Source: Nitrospirota bacterium (lineage in GTDB: Bacteria > Nitrospirota > Nitrospiria > SBBL01 > JAADHI01). From it: a stretch of DNA of 64,000 nt. The position numbers were made by a program, and so were the translations under genes. Positions 8,938 to 18,547 of this stretch are shown one piece after another. Positions within the stretch are counted from its first letter, which is position 1; each line of letters begins with the position of its first letter. The stretch is taken from positions 87-64,086 of the forward strand of contig JAJDBX010000003.1 in assembly GCA_029261135.1 (NCBI GenBank), written 5' to 3'. The notes beneath the pieces are model-generated. The model saw nothing but the letters and a program-made list of their open reading frames with translations, was not told the origin of the DNA and searched no databases.

Positions 8938-9741
8938 TTAATCAACGCTTTTTAGAACTTCTTTAAGCGATGAAACAAAAGCACTTAGATCTGAAAGGTA
9001 GGCTGGGTTTTCTGATGCGGTGCCGATAATTTTTACGAGGGCGCTCCCGACAATCACCCCATCCGCCGCCGCACCAATGCCTTTTGCATCTTCTGGGTTA
9101 GAAATGCCAAAACCTGTGGCAACAGGCCGATCCGTTTGTGTTTTTAAGGCTTTAATCTTTTTTTGAACGTCGTCCATCCCTGAAAGCTTTGAACCCGTCA
9201 CCCCGGTCAAGGGAACGTAATAGACAAAACCACTGCCTGCCTTCAAAATCTTTTCAACACGATCCGGTGTTGAGGTGGGTGCGACAAGAAAAATCATATC
9301 GATCTGATTTCTCCGCGCTAAAGGCAAAAAATCTTTGGCTTCTTCAGGCGGCAAATCCGGCACAATGACCCCATTCACGCCAACGCGTCGCGATTCTTTA
9401 AAAAATGCGGAGAGGCCATAGGCCAAGATGGGATTACAATAGCTCATCAAAATAATGGGGATCTTGGTTTCTTTTCTGAGACTTTCAACCAAGTGCAGTA
9501 CATCGGCCATCGAAACAGGGTGCGCAAGCGCACGATCTGCCGCTTTTTGAATGGTCGGCCCATCGGCGATCGGATCAGAAAAGGGCACCCCGATTTCAAC
9601 GATGTCCGCTCCGGCACCTTCAATCTCAAGCACAATATCTGCCGTGGCCTTTAAGTTGGGATCGCCAGCCATCACATAAGTGATTAAAGCCTTTTCACGG
9701 ATCAGGAGCAGATTCTTTAATGTCGATTCAATTCGGCTCAT
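8938..9741 (-). CDS. trpA: Tryptophan synthase alpha chain
   Basis: The 267-aa ORF has the motifs GADIVEIGVPFSDPIADGPTIQ and GFGIS, and lies 1 nt downstream of trpB. Confidence 0.93.
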   Translation of the reverse strand: MSRIESTLKNLLLIREKALITYVMAGDPNLKATADIVLEIEGAGADIVEIGVPFSDPIADGPTIQKAADRALAHPVSMADVLHLVESLRKETKIPIILMSYCNPILAYGLSAFFKESRRVGVNGVIVPDLPPEEAKDFLPLARRNQIDMIFLVAPTSTPDRVEKILKAGSGFVYYVPLTGVTGSKLSGMDDVQKKIKALKTQTDRPVATGFGISNPEDAKGIGAAADGVIVGSALVKIIGTASENPAYLSDLSAFVSSLKEVLKSVD

Positions 9742-9742
9742 A

Positions 9743-10984
9743 TTAACAGAGATCCTCTCCCTCTGTGATCGCGCCCGTTAATCCCATCATTTCAGACACT
9801 TGATGCACGTCTTTATCGCCGCGACCGGAAAGATTTAATATTATAACCTGGTCTGAGTTAAGGGTCGGTGCCACTTTATTTAAATAGGCCACAGCATGAG
9901 AAGATTCCAAGGCGGGGATGATGCCTTCTTGCTTCGATAAAAGATGAAAAGCGGCCAGCGCTTCGTCATCCGTGACGGAGGTATACGCAATCCGCTCTTT
10001 GTCGCGATAGTAACTATGTTCCGGCCCCACGGCTGCGTAATCGAGCCCGGCTGATATGGAATGCGTGCGTTCAATTTGACCGTTTTCGTCTTGCAGTAAA
10101 AAAGTCATGGTGCCTTGCAACACCCCTACGGATCCGCTCGCAAAACGAGCCGCATGTTTTCCGGAGTCAAGGCCTAATCCCCCGGCTTCGACACCCACCA
10201 TTTTGACCGTTTCATGTGACAGAAAGGGATAAAAAAGACCGATGGCATTGCTTCCGCCCCCGACACAGGCAATGAGCAGATCGGGCAACTTTCCCTCGAA
10301 TCGCAAGATTTGCTGCTTGGCCTCCAGACCAATCACGGATTGAAAATCGCGAATCATCATCGGATAGGGATGTGGCCCCAACACAGAACCTAAGATATAG
10401 TGGGTATCGCGCACATTGGCCGTCCAATCGCGCAAGGCCTCACTGATCGCATCTTTTAAGGTACGGCTGCCGGTATCTACACCCCTCACCTTCGCGCCGA
10501 GCATACGCATACGAATGACATTCAGTGCCTGCCGTTTCATGTCGTCCGTGCCCATATAAATTTCACAATCCAATCCTGCACGTGCCGCGACGGTTGCGAC
10601 GGCAACCCCGTGCTGTCCCGCACCTGTTTCAGCGATGACACGCTTTTTTCCCATCTGTTGTGTGAGCAAGATCTGACCGATGGTATTGTTGATTTTGTGC
10701 GCTCCGGTATGGCAGAGGTCTTCACGCTTCAGGTAAATCTTAGGACCTCCAAAATATTGCGTCAAGCGTTCTGCAAAATAGAGGGAGGTCGGACGACCGA
10801 CGTAATTTTTAAGTTGTTCAGAGAGCTGCTTTTTAAACGCAGGGTCACGCCGCACAGATTGATAGACTTGTTCTAATTCCAACAGAGCCGGCATCAAGGT
10901 TTCGGCAACATAACGTCCACCGTATGGGCCAAAACGCCCTTTTTTATTCGGAAGGTGTTTCAAGGCATCCCCTTTGCCGCACAA
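9743..10984 (-). CDS. trpB: Tryptophan synthase beta chain
   Basis: The 413-aa ORF has [18 protein letters not shown], the PLP-lysine region [16 protein letters not shown], and GGGSNAIG. Confidence 0.95.
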   Translation of the reverse strand: MCGKGDALKHLPNKKGRFGPYGGRYVAETLMPALLELEQVYQSVRRDPAFKKQLSEQLKNYVGRPTSLYFAERLTQYFGGPKIYLKREDLCHTGAHKINNTIGQILLTQQMGKKRVIAETGAGQHGVAVATVAARAGLDCEIYMGTDDMKRQALNVIRMRMLGAKVRGVDTGSRTLKDAISEALRDWTANVRDTHYILGSVLGPHPYPMMIRDFQSVIGLEAKQQILRFEGKLPDLLIACVGGGSNAIGLFYPFLSHETVKMVGVEAGGLGLDSGKHAARFASGSVGVLQGTMTFLLQDENGQIERTHSISAGLDYAAVGPEHSYYRDKERIAYTSVTDDEALAAFHLLSKQEGIIPALESSHAVAYLNKVAPTLNSDQVIILNLSGRGDKDVHQVSEMMGLTGAITEGEDLC

Positions 10985-11571
10985 ATAAATTCTTTCATTT
11001 TGAGGTGATCCTTCTTTCGTTTTTTTTCCTCAACGCCACTGCTCACATCCACGCCATAGGGCATCCCCTGCTGAATCGCGGTTTGAATATTATCAGGCCT
11101 CAGTCCACCACCCAAGATAATTTTCCCGAGAGAAGCGGCTTTTCTGGCGATTTTCCAATCAAAGACTATTCCAGTGCCACCGGCCATTTTTTCGTGATAG
11201 GTATCCAACAGCACGGCCCGAACCTCTGATAATTGAATGCATTCAAGGGAGTGTTCATCTTTCACTCTGACGACTTGGATCGCACGATGTGAAAATTGCT
11301 CAATGGTTTTTTTAGGGAAGGGCCCGTGAAACTGGATCATATCAATACCGCACTGACTCACAATTCTTTCCAATTCATCTTCTTCCGCCTTGGTAAACAC
11401 ACCCACCGTGGTCACAAAAGGGGGAAGCTTATTGATCATCTGCCGAACCGCTTCAACTGAAACCGCGCGAGGACTATCTGCGGAAAAAATAAACCCGAGG
11501 GCATCGGCCCCGAAATTGACCGCTGCGAGCGCATCTTCCAAATTCGTGATCCCGCAAATCTTGACCTTCAT
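10960..11571 (-). CDS. trpF: Phosphoribosylanthranilate isomerase
   Basis: The 203-aa ORF begins [10 protein letters not shown]..., contains GADALGFIF, and has a C-terminal GVDVSSGVE motif. It overlaps trpC by 4 nt and trpB by 25 nt. Confidence 0.9.
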   Translation of the reverse strand: MKVKICGITNLEDALAAVNFGADALGFIFSADSPRAVSVEAVRQMINKLPPFVTTVGVFTKAEEDELERIVSQCGIDMIQFHGPFPKKTIEQFSHRAIQVVRVKDEHSLECIQLSEVRAVLLDTYHEKMAGGTGIVFDWKIARKAASLGKIILGGGLRPDNIQTAIQQGMPYGVDVSSGVEEKKRKKDHLKMKEFICAAKGMP

Positions 11572-12362
11572 TCATCACCAAAGAGGGTATTCATTTTTTC
11601 ATTAATGTCATCTGAAGCCATCAATGTTTCTCCGATAAGCACCGCATGAACCCCTGATTCGCCCAGAAGCGCAACCTCTCCCCTTGTTTTAATCCCACTC
11701 TCGCTAACAATGGTTCGGTCTTTCGGGATCTCAGGAAGCAGGCGAAACGTGGTTTCAATTTTGGTTTCAAAGGTCGTCAGATCTCGATTATTCACCCCGA
11801 TAATCGGTGCCCACTCGATCACGCGTTCTAATTCTTTTTCTGAATGGACTTCAACCAGCACATCCAATGAAAGGCTTTGCGCCAAATCAAAATAATCCTT
11901 CATTTGCGCGGGATCTAATATCGACACAATCAAAAGAATGGCATCTGCGCCCCAGGCACGCGCTTCATAGACTTGCATCTCATCAAGCATAAAATCTTTT
12001 TGTAGGATGGGAAGTGCAACTTTAGATCGGATCGCGCTCAAATAAGCGGGATCACCTAAAAAATAACCTTGTTCGGTCAACACAGAAAGTGCCGCGGCTC
12101 CGCCCGCCTCATAGGTTTTAGCAATCTCTATGGGATCAAAATTTTCTCGAATAATGCCTTTTGATGGCGAAGCCTTTTTGACTTCTGCAATCAGGTTTGG
12201 GAAACGGCCCGATTTTTCAGAAAGTGCTTTCCCAAACCCACGGGTCGGGTTGGTGGATGAACCTTCCGATATACGTGATCTAAGATCTTGAAGGTAGGTA
12301 CGATTTTTTCTGGAATCAACTTCGGCACGTTTCTTTTCAACGATCTGTGTTAATAAACTCAT
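11568..12362 (-). CDS. trpC: Indole-3-glycerol phosphate synthase
   Basis: The 264-aa ORF has LIAEVKKASPSKG, ALSVLTEQGYFLG, ILQKDFMLD and GVNNRDL motifs. Confidence 0.93.
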   Translation of the reverse strand: MSLLTQIVEKKRAEVDSRKNRTYLQDLRSRISEGSSTNPTRGFGKALSEKSGRFPNLIAEVKKASPSKGIIRENFDPIEIAKTYEAGGAAALSVLTEQGYFLGDPAYLSAIRSKVALPILQKDFMLDEMQVYEARAWGADAILLIVSILDPAQMKDYFDLAQSLSLDVLVEVHSEKELERVIEWAPIIGVNNRDLTTFETKIETTFRLLPEIPKDRTIVSESGIKTRGEVALLGESGVHAVLIGETLMASDDINEKMNTLFGDE

Positions 12363-12518
12363 CTTATGAACTCAGGTCTAAGGTTTAGTGGCTCTGGTTT
12401 TTTCTTCAGATTCTGGCGGGATCTGCAAGGCAACGCAGTATTTGTTTTAGCGCTGAAGACGGAAGCGCAACTGGAACGATACGATGGAAGCTTCGGTGGG
12501 GGATTTGAAACGTGGTTT

Positions 12519-13532
12519 TCACTTATTCGTCATCTCGCACAATCGTTCCAGTTTCATCATGGCCCGGCCAGAATCGATTGATTCTACTGCCAAAGTAAAA
12601 CCCTCCTGAAGATTTTCGGCTTTGCCAACGGCAACAAAGGCCGGTGCCGCATTCATCAATACCACATCTCGTTTTGCACTCTTTTCTCCACGGAGCACAG
12701 ACTGGAGGATGGCCGCATTGGTTTCTGCATTGCCACCGATCAAATCCTTGAGTTCCCCATTTTCAATATTGAAATCTTTCGGTTCCATAAAATAGGCGGC
12801 CACCCGTCCTGATTTTCCCTCAGAAACTCGGCTTTGGCCTGATATTGTGATTTCATCCAGGCCATCCATTCCATGCACCACAAAACAGTGTTGTGATCCC
12901 AGTTTAACGAGAACCTGTGCCAACAGGTCGGTCAGCTTCGAGGCAAAAACACCCAAGACCTGAATCGATGCCCGAGCCGGATTGGTTAGAGGGCCAAGAA
13001 TGTTGAAAATAGTACGTATGCCCGTTTCTTTTCTTGGCACGGCGGCATGTTTCATTGCGCCATGAAATAGAGGGGCAAAAAGGAAGCCAATCCCAATTTC
13101 ATTGATGCAGGCCTCGGTCTTTTCGGGGGAAATATCAATCGCAACGCCCAATGCTTTGAGGACGTCGGCACTACCACAGGCGCTTGAAACAGAACGATTA
13201 CCATGTTTTGCCACTGTGATATCTCCCCCCGCGACGACAAATGCAGCAGCCGTCGAAATGTTGAAGGTGTTCAGCGCGTCACCGCCCGTTCCACAGGTAT
13301 CCACGACCAAAGGATCATCGATTCGGACAAAGACGGCTTTTTCTCGCATCACGCGCGCTGAGCCGACAATTTCGTCCACAGTCTCCCCCTTCATACGGAG
13401 CGCCGTAATATACGAGGCGATTTGAGAGGGCGTTGCATGCCCCTCCATAATCTCTCGCATCACGTCTTCTGCTTCGCTCACACGGAGGTCAATGCGTTCA
13501 ACCACTTTGCTGATGGCTTCTTTAATTACCAC
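12519..13532 (-). CDS. trpD: Anthranilate phosphoribosyltransferase
   Basis: The 337-aa ORF has VDTCGTGGDALNTFNISTAAAFV and KHGNRSVSSACGSADVLKALG motifs. Confidence 0.93.
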   Translation of the reverse strand: MVIKEAISKVVERIDLRVSEAEDVMREIMEGHATPSQIASYITALRMKGETVDEIVGSARVMREKAVFVRIDDPLVVDTCGTGGDALNTFNISTAAAFVVAGGDITVAKHGNRSVSSACGSADVLKALGVAIDISPEKTEACINEIGIGFLFAPLFHGAMKHAAVPRKETGIRTIFNILGPLTNPARASIQVLGVFASKLTDLLAQVLVKLGSQHCFVVHGMDGLDEITISGQSRVSEGKSGRVAAYFMEPKDFNIENGELKDLIGGNAETNAAILQSVLRGEKSAKRDVVLMNAAPAFVAVGKAENLQEGFTLAVESIDSGRAMMKLERLCEMTNK

Positions 13533-13566
13533 GAGGCCCCTTCTCTTTTCATCATCGGGTAGGGCA

Positions 13567-13749
13567 TTAGTTCCTTAAGAAGGTGTAACAATTAAACTGT
13601 TTAAGACTAATGACATCCAATTTATCAGTGTTTTCAGAGGGGTCTGTGACTTCCATTTCATAAGCTTTTTCACGAAGCAAGACTTCATAAACCGCTTTCC
13701 TTGCCTCTTCCAAAATACCTTCAGGGATATTTTTTATTGATATGGCCAT
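13567..13749 (-). CDS. Small hypothetical protein inserted in the trp operon (possible ribbon-helix-helix-like N-terminus)
   Basis: The 60-aa ORF lies co-directionally between trpG and trpD in a locally AT-rich segment. Its N-terminus (MAISIKNIPEGILEEARK) loosely resembles RHH antitoxin or Arc-type starts. No homology could be verified. Confidence 0.35.
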   Translation of the reverse strand: MAISIKNIPEGILEEARKAVYEVLLREKAYEMEVTDPSENTDKLDVISLKQFNCYTFLRN

Positions 13750-13812
13750 ATATTTCTCCAGTACATTGTTATTTCAAAGACACAATTGACCTGCCCTCGT
13801 TCATGAGCAAAT

Positions 13813-14376
13813 TTATTGCTGAATAAAATGCTTTATTAGATCTTTTCCCACACGGGTCAGAATCGATTCTGGATGAAACTGAAGCCCTTCAATCGGAAGG
13901 GTCTTATGGCGAATGCCCATGATCTCGCCTTCATCTGTCCAAGCCGAAATTTCAAAAATATCGGGTAAGGTCTCTTTCCGCACAATCAACGAGTGATAAC
14001 GGGTTGCTTCAAAGGGTTGGGGTATTTTAGCATAAATGCTCTTGCCATCGTGCAAAATCATTGATGTTTTTCCATGCATTAAGCGATCAGCTTGAATAAT
14101 CTCTGCCCCGAATGCTTGTCCTATGGCTTGATGTCCAAGACAAACACCAAGGATGGGAATTTGTCCCCCTAATTTTTGAATCAGCTCAATAGAAATGCCT
14201 GCATCTTCGGGACGCCCTGGACCGGGGGAAATGACAATTTTTTCAGGTTTTTTTTCTTCAATTCCGGCAATCGAAATTTTGTCGTTTCGATACACCAAAA
14301 TTTCTTCACCCAACTCACCTAAGTACTGAACGAGGTTATAGGTAAAGGAGTCGTAGTTGTCAATGACAAGCAGCAT
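13813..14376 (-). CDS. trpG: Anthranilate synthase component II (glutamine amidotransferase)
   Basis: The 187-aa ORF has MLLVIDNYDSFTYNLVQYL, the catalytic GVCLGHQ motif, and LQFHPES. Confidence 0.93.
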   Translation of the reverse strand: MLLVIDNYDSFTYNLVQYLGELGEEILVYRNDKISIAGIEEKKPEKIVISPGPGRPEDAGISIELIQKLGGQIPILGVCLGHQAIGQAFGAEIIQADRLMHGKTSMILHDGKSIYAKIPQPFEATRYHSLIVRKETLPDIFEISAWTDEGEIMGIRHKTLPIEGLQFHPESILTRVGKDLIKHFIQQ

Positions 14377-14380
14377 ATTC

Positions 14381-15868
14381 TCAGTCTCTCGCTTCTAGTC
14401 CATTTTCTGCCAAGTGAATCGCAGCCAGCATGGCTTTGGCCTTATTCACGGTTTCTTTGTATTCTAAATCAGGAATCGAATCCGAGACAATCCCTGCCGC
14501 CGCCTGGACGGTCGCTTGATCGCCTTCAATCACAATCGTTCGAATCGTAATACAGGTATCCATATTGCCTTGAAAACTAAAGTAGCCGACGGCCCCCGCA
14601 TAAAGCGATCGGCTTTCGATCTCCAGTTCATCAATGATTTCCATCGCCCGAATTTTCGGCGCTCCGGTGACAGTTCCCGCCGGAAAGCAGGCAGCCAAGA
14701 CATCGAAGGCATCTTTTCCTTCCTCTAAATCTCCCACGACATTTGAAACAATATGCATGACATGGGAATAGCGTTCGATGACCATCAATTCATTCGCTTC
14801 GACTGTGCCATATTTTGAAACACGCCCAACGTCGTTTCTGCCCAAATCAATCAGCATGACATGCTCTGCCCGCTCTTTGGGGTCGCCCAGTAACTCCGCT
14901 TCCATCGCCAGATCTTCTTCCGGTGTTCTGCCGCGCCGACGGGTTCCCGCAATCGGTCGGACTTCGATCTTTTTTCCTTCCAAGCGCACGAGGACTTCTG
15001 GAGAGGTGCCGACAAGACGCATCTCTCCGATTTCCAGGTAAAACATGTAGGGGGAGGGGTTGATGCTACGAAGCGCGCGGTAAACCGTAAACGGGTCTGC
15101 TTCCAGTGTCACAGAAAAGCGCTGAGAAATTTGCACCTGAAAAATATCGCCAGCCTCAATATAGTGCTTGGCTTTCAGGACGCTCTTTTTAAATTGCTCC
15201 TTTGTGACATTAGAACTCGGGGTTTTCTCCGGACTTTTCTTGTTTGAAAGCGAAGGCGGCACAAGAGGCTGATTCAAGCATCGGATCATGGCCTCTATTT
15301 TTTCATTCGCTTGGTCATAGGATTTTTTGAGTTCATCATCTTCGATGAAGGCATTTGAAACCACTTTGATCCGATGTCTGACATTATCAAAAATAAGCAG
15401 TGTATCGGTGATCAAAAAAAAGAAATCAGGGGCCGCTTTCGGAGGATGACACGATTGCACCGGTTCAAAAAACTGCACCATGTCATAGCCCAAATATCCC
15501 ACTGCGCCGCCAAAAAATCGCGGCAGGCCGTCGATATCCACGGGTTTGAATTCAGCCAGTAAATCCCGAAGCACGTGAAGCGGCTGTTCAGTGGTAGTCA
15601 CCACATCGTTCTCACCGGAGCGACTTACGGTTACACGAGAACCCTTACCCTTAATGAGCATGGATGGATCCGCCCCTAAGAAGGAGTATCGCCCCCATTT
15701 TTCTCCACCTTCGACGGATTCAAAGAGAAAAGGATAGGCTCCATGTCGGATCTTAAGGAAGGCAGAGACCGGGGTTTCGCAGTCTGCAACAATCTCACGA
15801 TAGACTGGAATAAGGTTGCCCTCTTTCGCCTTTCGGCAAAACATGTCATAGGATGGGACGATCATCAC
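14381..15868 (-). CDS. trpE: Anthranilate synthase component I
   Basis: The 495-aa ORF has the LFESVEGGEKWGRYSF feedback region, SPEVLVR, GAVGYFSF and AGAGIV-type C-terminal motifs. Confidence 0.93.
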   Translation of the reverse strand: MMIVPSYDMFCRKAKEGNLIPVYREIVADCETPVSAFLKIRHGAYPFLFESVEGGEKWGRYSFLGADPSMLIKGKGSRVTVSRSGENDVVTTTEQPLHVLRDLLAEFKPVDIDGLPRFFGGAVGYLGYDMVQFFEPVQSCHPPKAAPDFFFLITDTLLIFDNVRHRIKVVSNAFIEDDELKKSYDQANEKIEAMIRCLNQPLVPPSLSNKKSPEKTPSSNVTKEQFKKSVLKAKHYIEAGDIFQVQISQRFSVTLEADPFTVYRALRSINPSPYMFYLEIGEMRLVGTSPEVLVRLEGKKIEVRPIAGTRRRGRTPEEDLAMEAELLGDPKERAEHVMLIDLGRNDVGRVSKYGTVEANELMVIERYSHVMHIVSNVVGDLEEGKDAFDVLAACFPAGTVTGAPKIRAMEIIDELEIESRSLYAGAVGYFSFQGNMDTCITIRTIVIEGDQATVQAAAGIVSDSIPDLEYKETVNKAKAMLAAIHLAENGLEARD

Positions 15869-15899
15869 TCTCCCCCAAAATTGACAATAAAAGAGAGGA

Positions 15900-15929
15900 A
15901 ATCTACCATAAAAAGCGCGAAAAAGTCAA
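15900..15929 (-). promoter_or_regulatory. Candidate promoter of the trp operon
   Basis: The minus strand reads TTGACT, an 18-nt spacer, then TAGATT. A GGGGGAGAG RBS follows before the trpE ATG. I saw no Trp-codon leader peptide or attenuator. Confidence 0.35.
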
Positions 15930-15959
15930 TAATTTAGGGGCTTTCGGAGCCTAGAGATT

Positions 15960-16625
15960 CTAAGGAGTCTGCCCGGATTCCTTTGTATTTATTGGCTTGA
16001 GTTTCCCTGATCGAATCTCTTTCACCTTCTCTCGTAAAGCTTCGGCAAGTGGGTCTTTTGGGTTGATTCTCACTAAACGTTCCCAGGCATCTGCCGCAGC
16101 CACAAAATCTTCTTTGTCGTTCAGCAGGATAATGCCAATGTTATACAGTGCAATTTCATGGTTTGGGTTCAAGGATAAAACAATATTCAATGCGTCAACC
16201 GCCTTATCTGAATGGCCTAAGTTTCGATAGACCGAAGCGAGATCTGTACGCACATGAAGATTATTGGGATTGATTTTTAGAATTCTTAAAAAAAGTTTTT
16301 CAGCATTTTCATAACGCTGTATATCGAAGTTGGCATTGGCTAAAAACACCAAGGCCTCCATGTCTTCTGGATTTTTTTGAAGCTGGTCTTTATAGCCTTG
16401 AAGCTTCTGCATAAAAGACTCGGCCGCTCCAGAGGGGCCGTGCGGTGCGCGAGGCCGGTTTGCATGAGGGGCTCTTGGGGGTGGTGGTGGATGTGTAAAT
16501 GTTCGCGGTGGTGCTTGAAGCATTTTACGCTCGGGGGTTTCTTCTGCATGGGCCATTGCTAAAAAGACACTAAGCAAAAAGAAAGAACTGAATATCAAAA
16601 ACCGCACCGATCTATCTACTTTCAT
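15960..16625 (-). CDS. Secreted TPR-repeat protein with a proline-rich linker
   Basis: The 221-aa ORF has a signal peptide (FLLSVFLAMAHA) and a Pro-rich stretch (THPPPPPRAPHANRPRAPHGP). About four TPR units follow (ANANFDIQRYENAEKLF..., ASVYRNLGHSDKAV...). Confidence 0.7.
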   Translation of the reverse strand: MKVDRSVRFLIFSSFFLLSVFLAMAHAEETPERKMLQAPPRTFTHPPPPPRAPHANRPRAPHGPSGAAESFMQKLQGYKDQLQKNPEDMEALVFLANANFDIQRYENAEKLFLRILKINPNNLHVRTDLASVYRNLGHSDKAVDALNIVLSLNPNHEIALYNIGIILLNDKEDFVAAADAWERLVRINPKDPLAEALREKVKEIRSGKLKPINTKESGQTP

Positions 16626-16674
16626 TGATTCATCCTATCCCTATAAAGCATTTAAAAATAAACAGGTTATTCCC

Positions 16675-17391
16675 TTATCCATCCACTGACCCGGTGCGAT
16701 TGACGACGATCTCCCGGATGACGGTATGGGGTGCCAGATGGAGTAAACTCTGTACGATATTGGCGATATCTGTTGGCGGAATCATCTCCTCTTGAGGGAT
16801 GTCAACCATTTCAACCATCGGCGTCGCGACATAACCCGGACAGATTGCCGTAGAGCGAATGTTGTTTTTCACTTCTTCTTCCAGCAAACTTTCTGTCAAG
16901 GCAATCAAGCCAAATTTTGATGCGCAGTATGCCGACGCATTTCCAAACCCCATCTTTCCCGCGACCGAAGAAATATTGATCACATAACCCGATTGCTGCT
17001 TTCTCATCATCGGCAAAACCGCTTTTGTGCAAAGAAAAGCCCCTTTCAGGTTAATATTTTGAACATCGTCCCAATCGGATTCTGAAAGATCGGCAATCTC
17101 TCCTTGCCGATAAATCCCCGCATTATTAACCAAAAGATCGATCCGGTTTTTTTCACGCACCACCTGCTGAACAAAGTCATTCACTTCTGCGGCATTCGAA
17201 ACATCTCCAGCTACCGAGATGACTTCTCCGCCTTCATCGCGTAATTGCCCAACCGCCTTTTCCAAACGATTCTGATTCCTCGCCATGATCGCAACAACCA
17301 TGCCTTCTTTCAGCAGTGTTGAAGCAATGGCGAACCCAATGCCGCTGCTACCTCCCGTAATAAGGGCGACTTGACCTTTTAAATGTGACAA
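16675..17391 (-). CDS. Short-chain dehydrogenase/reductase (SDR) family oxidoreductase
   Basis: The 238-aa ORF has the TGGSSGIG cofactor motif, NNAG, and the catalytic YCASK motif. Confidence 0.85.
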   Translation of the reverse strand: MSHLKGQVALITGGSSGIGFAIASTLLKEGMVVAIMARNQNRLEKAVGQLRDEGGEVISVAGDVSNAAEVNDFVQQVVREKNRIDLLVNNAGIYRQGEIADLSESDWDDVQNINLKGAFLCTKAVLPMMRKQQSGYVINISSVAGKMGFGNASAYCASKFGLIALTESLLEEEVKNNIRSTAICPGYVATPMVEMVDIPQEEMIPPTDIANIVQSLLHLAPHTVIREIVVNRTGSVDG

Positions 17392-17421
17392 TTGACATCT
17401 CCTCTATTATTTTGCGTGAGA

Positions 17422-17973
17422 TTAAAGCCTTGCCATGACCCCGTCATTGACCTTTTTAACCATTTCGGACCCTTTCAGCAATTCGACCAGTTTAAAAGCA
17501 AATTCCATTGAAGTCCCAGGAGATCGACTGGTGATCCAATTGCCATCGACCACCACACGCGACTCGGAATAGTTCACGTCTTCCATCTCTGAACGTACGG
17601 AAGGATGGCTCGTTGCCTTTTTCCCTTTAATGTATCCATAGGACGAAAGGACAGAAGGAGCCGCACAGATTGCAGAAATCAATCGATCGTTTTTCATCGC
17701 GTCTTCTAAAATAAGCTTTACGCGTGGATCTTGGCCTAAATTGCGTGTGCCCGGCTGACCACCGGGTAGTACAATGAGATCGAAATCACTTCCACTGACA
17801 GTGTCGATCAAAGTGTCTGCCACCAATTTCACCTTCCGTGAACCCGTGATGCTGCCTTCGACCGTCCCTGCAACGGTCACCTGAACCCCCGCGCGACGTA
17901 AGATGTCGATGACCGTCACGGATTCAATCTCCTCAAAGCCCGGTGCTAAAAGGATCAATGCCTTTTTCGTCAT
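17422..17973 (-). CDS. DJ-1/PfpI (ThiJ/YajL-like) family protein
   Basis: The 183-aa ORF has ALILLAPGFEEIE, the nucleophile-elbow motif AICAAP, and the typical length. Confidence 0.85.
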   Translation of the reverse strand: MTKKALILLAPGFEEIESVTVIDILRRAGVQVTVAGTVEGSITGSRKVKLVADTLIDTVSGSDFDLIVLPGGQPGTRNLGQDPRVKLILEDAMKNDRLISAICAAPSVLSSYGYIKGKKATSHPSVRSEMEDVNYSESRVVVDGNWITSRSPGTSMEFAFKLVELLKGSEMVKKVNDGVMARL

Positions 17974-17995
17974 GAATCCTCCCCATTTAAAACCG

Positions 17996-18489
17996 CTATT
18001 CCCTCAAGGCAGTATCCCAAAGGCAACCGTCGCAGATTTCGTAAAGAGGACTCCCTTTAATTTTTTGCCCAATACGATCACGGATCGTCTTCCAAGGCAG
18101 GGTCACTTCTGCTTCAATCCCCAATCGCACCATGACATCTGCGGACTGTGTTTTCATTCTTATTTCGGAATCAACACCATTCAATTGACAGTCAAGCCCT
18201 TCAAGATTGGGATAGGCCGCACACAAGGCATCGGGTGCTTGAATGACACGGACGGAGCGATTTGGGTTTTTGGAAAGCGCATGATGAATTTCAGTCCGTC
18301 GCTGAGTAAAGAACGTAAACAACCTTCTCCCCGAAACCCTTGCAGACAAAGCAGAGTATGCCCTCGCAGGGTGATGGGTTCTGAAGATGTTTCCAACATG
18401 TCGTCGATTTTAGTGAGGCCTTCGGTATTTGTCAAAAGGCATTGATGTCTTTGTTTCTCTTCAATAACAAAACAACCACTGTCACGCAC
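17996..18489 (-). pseudogene. DUF1284-family gene interrupted by a frameshift
   Basis: The N-terminal part (frame of ORF 18181..18489) contains ITLRGHTLLCLQGFRGEG. The C-terminal part (frame of ORF 17996..18349) continues FTQRRTEIHHALSKNPNRSVRVIQAPDALCAAYPN...EICDGCLW. The frames switch around the GGGG run at 18329-18332. Confidence 0.65.
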
Positions 18490-18547
18490 CCTTGATCACG
18501 ACCTTAGATAAACTTTAAACGAGTGATCTGGAACAGCTTCGAAAGGT

